Shown here in pieces: positions 59,634-64,000 of a stretch of DNA of 64,000 bases; the first letter of the stretch is position 1; every line of letters starts with the position of its first letter. Origin of the DNA: a virus. A program made the position numbers and the translations under genes. Location of the stretch: positions 17,121 to 81,120 of IMG/VR virus record IMGVR_UViG_3300045988_138926; one strand, written 5' to 3'. The notes under the pieces are model-generated. The model searched no databases and was not told the origin of the DNA. It saw only the letters and a list, made by a program, of their open reading frames with translations.

Positions 59634-59948
59634 CTATTCTAATTCTTTTATAATATCTTTCACAATATTCAGCCTTACCTCCTTCGTTTCTGGACTAAGA
59701 CAACCAAACCACCCATAAAACGTTCTTGTTTCCTCTGGTTCTGTGGCCATACTTATCTTCTCTTCCAATTCCGGGAAATATATTCTTACCATTTCGTCTG
59801 AACGAAACTCATAGATATTTTTATGTGTTTTGAAATACATAAACACTACATTTCTTAACGCAACACATATATATTCCCCATCCTCTAACCTATCAATCAT
59901 CTCATATACCTTTTCCCATATGAATAATCGCTCTTCTTTTGTAAACAT
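59634..59948 (-). CDS. hypothetical protein, 104 aa
   Basis: ORF. Confidence 0.5.
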   Translation of the reverse strand: MFTKEERLFIWEKVYEMIDRLEDGEYICVALRNVVFMYFKTHKNIYEFRSDEMVRIYFPELEEKISMATEPEETRTFYGWFGCLSPETKEVRLNIVKDIIKELE

Positions 59949-59956
59949 ATCCTTCT

Positions 59957-60304
59957 TTATTTTTGTGGTATTATTTGACTGTATGCAGACTTTTCCATGT
60001 ACACAACACTATGCTCCTGTCCAAGTATTTTCTTTGCTGCCTCTTTCTTTATCGCACAATATCTCCCTGTACGATACGGATTCTTTTGATCTGATCCATC
60101 CTCGACTTCGATAATAAAACAGCCTCCGTCATCTATTATCTTTTTGCAATTGTCACATACTCCTCCCGTGCATATATGATGCGGCGCCTGACCTTTGATG
60201 TTATTCCCTAATAAAGCAATCCCCATCTCTTCTCCACATATCATGCAGACTTCTATAGACGGATTCAATCCGTGTTCTGGATGTAATGTAATACTGTCTT
60301 TCAT
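59957..60304 (-). CDS. zinc-ribbon protein, 115 aa
   Basis: CMICGEE...HHICTGGVCDNCKK. Confidence 0.5.
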   Translation of the reverse strand: MKDSITLHPEHGLNPSIEVCMICGEEMGIALLGNNIKGQAPHHICTGGVCDNCKKIIDDGGCFIIEVEDGSDQKNPYRTGRYCAIKKEAAKKILGQEHSVVYMEKSAYSQIIPQK

Positions 60305-60333
60305 TTTCTTTCCTCCTTTGTTTTTAATATTGT

Positions 60334-60404
60334 GTGAGATCGCCGGAATCGAACCGACCTACCGCACCATGAATCCCATAAAGCAAATGCTCCGATCTTC
60401 GCAG
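60334..60404 (-). tRNA. tRNA-like element (T-arm GGUCGGUUCGAUUCCGGC plus acceptor 3' strand); 5' half non-canonical
   Basis: Ends ...GGUUCGAUUCCGGCGAUCUCAC. The flank TATTGTGTGAGATCGCC parallels element 1. Confidence 0.3.
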
Positions 60405-60646
60405 ACGGGAGCATTCTGTCTAAAGCATAAGAAAATTAATGAAGAAAATCTTCCTCACTTACGCCATAGCATCTAAAATAGCTATCAACACTATTTCTAT
60501 GACAAGCATAATAGAGAATGTCTTAAATATCTTTTTCATATCTCCTCCTTTTTTATCTGTTCTTTTCACGTTCCACAATAAACTGTTCCGGCTCTGCTCC
60601 GACCTACGTTCCACCTACAACCGCAGGCCTTAGCCCAAGGCGCCGC

Positions 60647-60907
60647 CTACTCCCCCTCTATGGCAGCCTGTTCGTACCTACAACACCAGTCTCCATCTAT
60701 ACAACTATTGCTATGCGATAACAAACATTTATCCTTATAACAATCATAAAAAATACATCTCTCACAACTGTAATCCCTAACATCTACACAGCTAACTACC
60801 TTAGCATATACTATACCATCACTGCCTTCTATTCCTTTTACCCCAAAAATAGAACCTTCTCCCTCCTTACTCAAATCTAAGTCAGGCGCAAAGTCATATA
60901 CGTTCAT
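60647..60907 (-). CDS. Cys-rich small protein, 86 aa, first gene of the minus-strand array
   Basis: Multiple Cys. ORF at the edge of a 2-kb non-coding region. Confidence 0.45.
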   Translation of the reverse strand: MNVYDFAPDLDLSKEGEGSIFGVKGIEGSDGIVYAKVVSCVDVRDYSCERCIFYDCYKDKCLLSHSNSCIDGDWCCRYEQAAIEGE

Positions 60908-60984
60908 GTTGTTTATGTTTTAATTGTTATACATTCCGATTACTACTAATCTATAGAATATAGGTTTCAACTCTCAACCTATTG

Positions 60985-61146
60985 AATTTTGTAGAATAAA
61001 CTCACATTATGCCGTTTTAAAGCACTGTAAGTCTTAATTTTGTAGGAAAACCCTACATAATGCTGTTTTAAAACGCTGATCTGTTGAATGTTGTTGGAAA
61101 ACCCTACATAATGCTGTTTTAAAACGCTGATCTGTTGAATGTTGTC
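60985..61146. repeat. tandem direct repeats, about 51-bp unit, 2 perfect plus 1 degenerate copy
   Basis: ggaaaaccctacataatgctgttttaaaacgctgatctgttgaatgttgtt at 61045-61095 and 61096-61146. A degenerate copy lies at about 60985-61035. Confidence 0.8.
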
Positions 61147-61147
61147 T

Positions 61148-61190
61148 GTTGAATTTTGTTGGAAGGAAGTTGAATTTTGTTGGAAGGAAG
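61148..61190. repeat. tandem 21-22 bp repeat x2 (gttgaattttgttggaaggaa), followed by a polypyrimidine tract 61195-61230
   Basis: Seen directly. The motif TTGAATTTTGT also occurs at 60981 and 61033. Confidence 0.8.
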
Positions 61191-61923
61191 TGCCCTCCCT
61201 CTCCCTCTCCCCAACCCCGGCTGATCCTCCGACTTTCTGCATAGAAACTGCGCTCTCGGCCTCACTACAGGCATACGGAGAGCGCTACAAGCTTATACTA
61301 TGGCATGGGATATGGGGTGTTTAGAGATAATATCATTCCATAGAGAGAATAGAGAGCCTTCAGCCCACGCCCTACCGTCTGCTCCTCCTATCAAGATAGA
61401 TATTCAAACCTATAATCAAAGCCAAAAACAAAAAGCAAAAGACCATTACAACATTATACTGATCCGCTCCGTACTCCAACATAGAACGAATACCAACCGA
61501 CAGAAAATAAAGATCAGCTACTAATAAAAACCACCACATAAAACAAAAAAAATACAATAAGTATGTCCGAAAATACGGGTATTATAAAGCATAACTAATT
61601 GATAATCAAGCATACCTTATTTTTAAGAAAAATACAATAAGCCCAATTTTCAATCCATAGAGACGAAAAAGGCGGCATCCGACACCATATTTTGGGTCAG
61701 AAAACCGCCTACAGTTTCGTTTTAGACCAATTTTAACGACAATATATAGACAAAATACCGGCATTATATCCAAACAGCCTTATTTTTGTTTCAATTTGAA
61801 CCAATATACGCATTCCTACCTTGTTTGTCGTCGTGTTCACTCTCAGAATATCCTACCCGTAAATAGAAAGAGTAGGATACAAAAATAGGGCTGCTCCGAT
61901 ATTCGAAACAACCCTATTCCTAT

Positions 61924-62130
61924 TTAAATACTGTTTATATTTTCCTTAACGTACGTTCTTGACGTATGAACTTTACGCTTGCACTTTTCTTTTCCGGTAT
62001 CGGAATGATACGCCTCTTTGAGATCACGATACAACATAAATTCACGATACGCTCTTTTCCGCTTTTCTTTGGCTTCTTTCCTGGACAGACCGCGAACATC
62101 TACCATGTAAGATTTAAATTTCCTTTCCAT
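61924..62130 (-). CDS. small basic ORF, 68 aa, in a gene-poor region; weak
   Basis: Lys/Arg-rich ORF. Confidence 0.25.
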   Translation of the reverse strand: MERKFKSYMVDVRGLSRKEAKEKRKRAYREFMLYRDLKEAYHSDTGKEKCKRKVHTSRTYVKENINSI

Positions 62131-62346
62131 TTTCTTTATGCTTTAATTATGATTAACCCCAGCGGTTAAGTGCTTCAATATAGAAACCCTCCGCCTCTTT
62201 GTACTCACTTTCGCTTAATGTTTCCACTGTATCTATGTAGTTACGCAATGTTATTTTTACGCAACTGTTTTTAGATTTATTGAACGCTTCAGTTAAAGCG
62301 TTAATCATTGCTTTCTTTTCCATGCTATTATATTATTTATAATTTA

Positions 62347-62410
62347 GAGGTTGCTCTGGAATCGAACCAGACACGCATTCCTATTCTATACGAATTTTAT
62401 GCTACAACCA
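62347..62410 (-). tRNA. short tRNA-like element (perfect T-arm UCUGG-UUCGAUU-CCAGA, acceptor GGUUG/CAACC); only about 63 nt, D-arm not evident
   Basis: Minus-strand RNA UGGUUGUAGCAUAAAAUUCGUAUAGAAUAGGAAUGCGUGUCUGGUUCGAUUCCAGAGCAACCUC. Confidence 0.3.
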
Positions 62411-62880
62411 ACAGCCCGTAATTAGTACGTAGTTCTTGTGTACAGGCCCGTACTATGTTGTTATTATATTTTCCGTCTGCTACACTATTTCGCCACACAT
62501 AACGGCATAGTGTCCTTGCGTTTTGATACGACACGTCCCTACATGGTAGGCTACATGCTTGTACCCTGTAATTTAATCTACAGCCTTGTTCTATTTTTTC
62601 GTGTAAGCAAGTAAGACACGTTTCGATCTGGAGATAAACCTCGTACAACGGTATGTTTTCCAAACTGTACTAACATACCTAACATAAACCACACTTATTT
62701 AGTGCAGTTCATGCAGCAATACCGTATTTTTAATTGCCAACGGCTTCGATACCGGTATATCTATCTCCAATATGTAAAATAACTCTCTGTTTTGTCAGCT
62801 TCAGTCTAAAGCATACGCGGGACGTGCACCCACTGACAACGGCGTACAGACGCGTTAAGGTACGCGCCCAACCTTGTTTT

Positions 62881-63420
62881 TCACTGCTGATTGCTTTCGT
62901 GTGCTAAATACTCAGATACACACTTTGCAACGGTACGAATAGAATAAGATTTGATCTTAACGGCTACATAAGTAGATTTATATTCGTCCGTCTCTTTAAC
63001 GATCCATTTTGCACTACTTTTCGTTTCCAACGTTTCCGCGGTTGCAAATCCGAAAGGCTTATACTCACCGCCATAAACTACATTATCGGAGCACCAATCA
63101 GCTGCTTTCGCCTCAATTCCTTTCTCTTTGTCTACTTTGTTATCCTTATATACTTTAGAGTATAGGGAAAACTTAATAAAGGTGTCGCCGACTTTAGGTA
63201 ACATTTGGCTACATACAGCAACTAAACGTTTTTTGTCTTTGGCGAGTGCTGCCACCTTCACCGCGTATTCTGCCGGTATTTCCAACGCTTTACATACCGC
63301 CTTGAGGTCTGCACAATTTGCAAATAAAGCATTGTACAACTTTACTGCACCTACTAAATTCGAGGCATTCTCTTTGATAACAGCGTTTTGCAGCTTGTTA
63401 ACGTTCTTCTTCGTAATCAT
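62881..63420 (-). CDS. hypothetical protein, 179 aa
   Basis: ORF with Lys/Ala-rich composition. Isolated gene upstream of a non-coding terminal region. Confidence 0.55.
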   Translation of the reverse strand: MITKKNVNKLQNAVIKENASNLVGAVKLYNALFANCADLKAVCKALEIPAEYAVKVAALAKDKKRLVAVCSQMLPKVGDTFIKFSLYSKVYKDNKVDKEKGIEAKAADWCSDNVVYGGEYKPFGFATAETLETKSSAKWIVKETDEYKSTYVAVKIKSYSIRTVAKCVSEYLAHESNQQ

Positions 63421-63649
63421 AACTCAATATATTTTAATTGTTAAACAAATGATATTCAATTTAATAGCCCACAACGCAGGCGATTAACAGATATAGATAT
63501 AGTTAGCCCAACGGGTACACTATATAGGTTTATCATGTCAACTATGTGCTATCGCTTTAACACATTGCAAATATACTACATTTATCAATACTACAAATAT
63601 ATATGCTATCTTTTTTTTGTTAACTTGTATTAATTTCGATTATATTATC

Positions 63650-63796
63650 TGATTATCAGCAAGTTATAAAACGAACGAGAGCAGTATTATACGCGTACAT
63701 TAATATGTAGAATATATGCTTATTTAAGTTGCTTATAATCAATAGGTTATAATAATACATTGATTATCAATAATTTAAATAAGTGATTGATAATCA
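63650..63796. promoter_or_regulatory. three copies of the 9-bp palindrome TGATNATCA (63650, 63761, 63788; a fourth at 61600), candidate operator or initiator sites
   Basis: Seen directly. Two copies extend to a similar 16-mer, TGATTATCAGCAAGTT and TGATAATCAGCGAGTT. Confidence 0.4.
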
Positions 63797-63818
63797 GCGA
63801 GTTTTTAGGTTTGAGGTA

Positions 63819-63875
63819 AAAACGCGTTTCCGGTTTTCCAGCGAAGGGGGTGTGGGGAAGAAAACGCGTTTCGGG
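63819..63875. repeat. two copies of the palindrome AAACGCGTTT within 15-bp repeats (AAAACGCGTTTCCGG and AAAACGCGTTTCGGG), 42 bp apart, flanked by G-rich and then C-rich tracts
   Basis: Seen directly. Confidence 0.7.
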
Positions 63876-63907
63876 GGCGGGAGGTTCGTGATAGGTACCC
63901 CCTCTCT

Positions 63908-64000
63908 CCCATCACATAAACATTTCACCATTCCTCTCCCTCATCACATAAACATTTTTCATATCCCTCATCACATAAACATTTTTCATATCCCTCATCA
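63908..64000. repeat. 27-bp tandem direct repeat array (ccctcatcacataaacatttttcatat), at least 3.3 copies, truncated by the window end
   Basis: Copies at 63938, 63965 and 63992, plus a degenerate copy at 63908. No spacers, so not CRISPR. Confidence 0.8.

Noticed and set aside
60979-61242. 87-aa minus-strand ORF with repeated peptide motifs (FQQNSTSFQQNST, NIQQISVLKQHYVGFS x2)
   Set aside because: The internal peptide repeats simply mirror the 51-bp and 21-bp DNA tandem repeats. Coding is not supported. Treated as non-coding.
62397-62663. 88-aa minus-strand ORF
   Set aside because: It overlaps the tRNA-like element, lies in a repeat-rich non-coding region, and has a Cys/Arg-rich composition typical of random frames.
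63908-64000. Possible CRISPR array at the window end
   Set aside because: The 27-bp units are contiguous identical tandem copies with no intervening unique spacers, and no cas genes are nearby. It is a tandem repeat array, not CRISPR.

Overview
This 64 kb window reads as a segment of a large, AT-rich, tailed dsDNA bacteriophage. The genes are densely packed and co-oriented. The window holds a free-standing HNH homing endonuclease, DnaB-like and SF2 helicases, a zinc-finger/TOPRIM primase-like protein, a KilAC antirepressor-like protein and a lipobox lipoprotein. IS200/605-type IscB and TnpB nucleases are also present, which argues for a bacterial host and against a eukaryotic virus. Two TAnnTTTG motifs upstream of operon starts hint at a Bacteroidota-type host. 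The two-block layout, with >2000-aa proteins on one strand, is compatible with a crAss-like phage, but that is only a hypothesis.

Bases 1-28.6 kb are a plus-strand block of late or virion-like genes. It begins with a 5'-truncated ORF followed by translationally coupled 1019-aa and 2214-aa ORFs. It also contains a second giant 2148-aa ORF, a Gly/Asn/Cys-rich membrane protein, an RG/RE-rich disordered protein and several intrinsic terminators.

Bases 28.8-60.9 kb are a minus-strand array of about 65 replication and accessory genes. The recognisable ones are an SF2 DECH-box helicase, a DnaB-like helicase, the primase-like protein, Cas4-like and other PD-(D/E)xK nucleases, an HNH endonuclease and a Walker-type ATPase. 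The array also carries a flotillin (SPFH) - NfeD - acyl-carrier-protein cluster.

Two RNA-guided OMEGA nucleases sit in tandem in the minus-strand array: an intact IscB with an upstream structured omega-RNA, and a TnpB. A second, orphan copy of the IscB-type omega-RNA scaffold lies 12 kb away next to the flotillin operon. Stem-preserving compensatory substitutions distinguish it from the first copy.

Bases 59.4-64.0 kb are gene-poor. They contain three tRNA-like elements with non-canonical 5' halves, 51-bp and 21-bp tandem repeats, recurring TGATNATCA and AAACGCGTTT palindromes, and a 27-bp tandem array cut by the window end. Together these suggest an origin, terminal or regulatory region.
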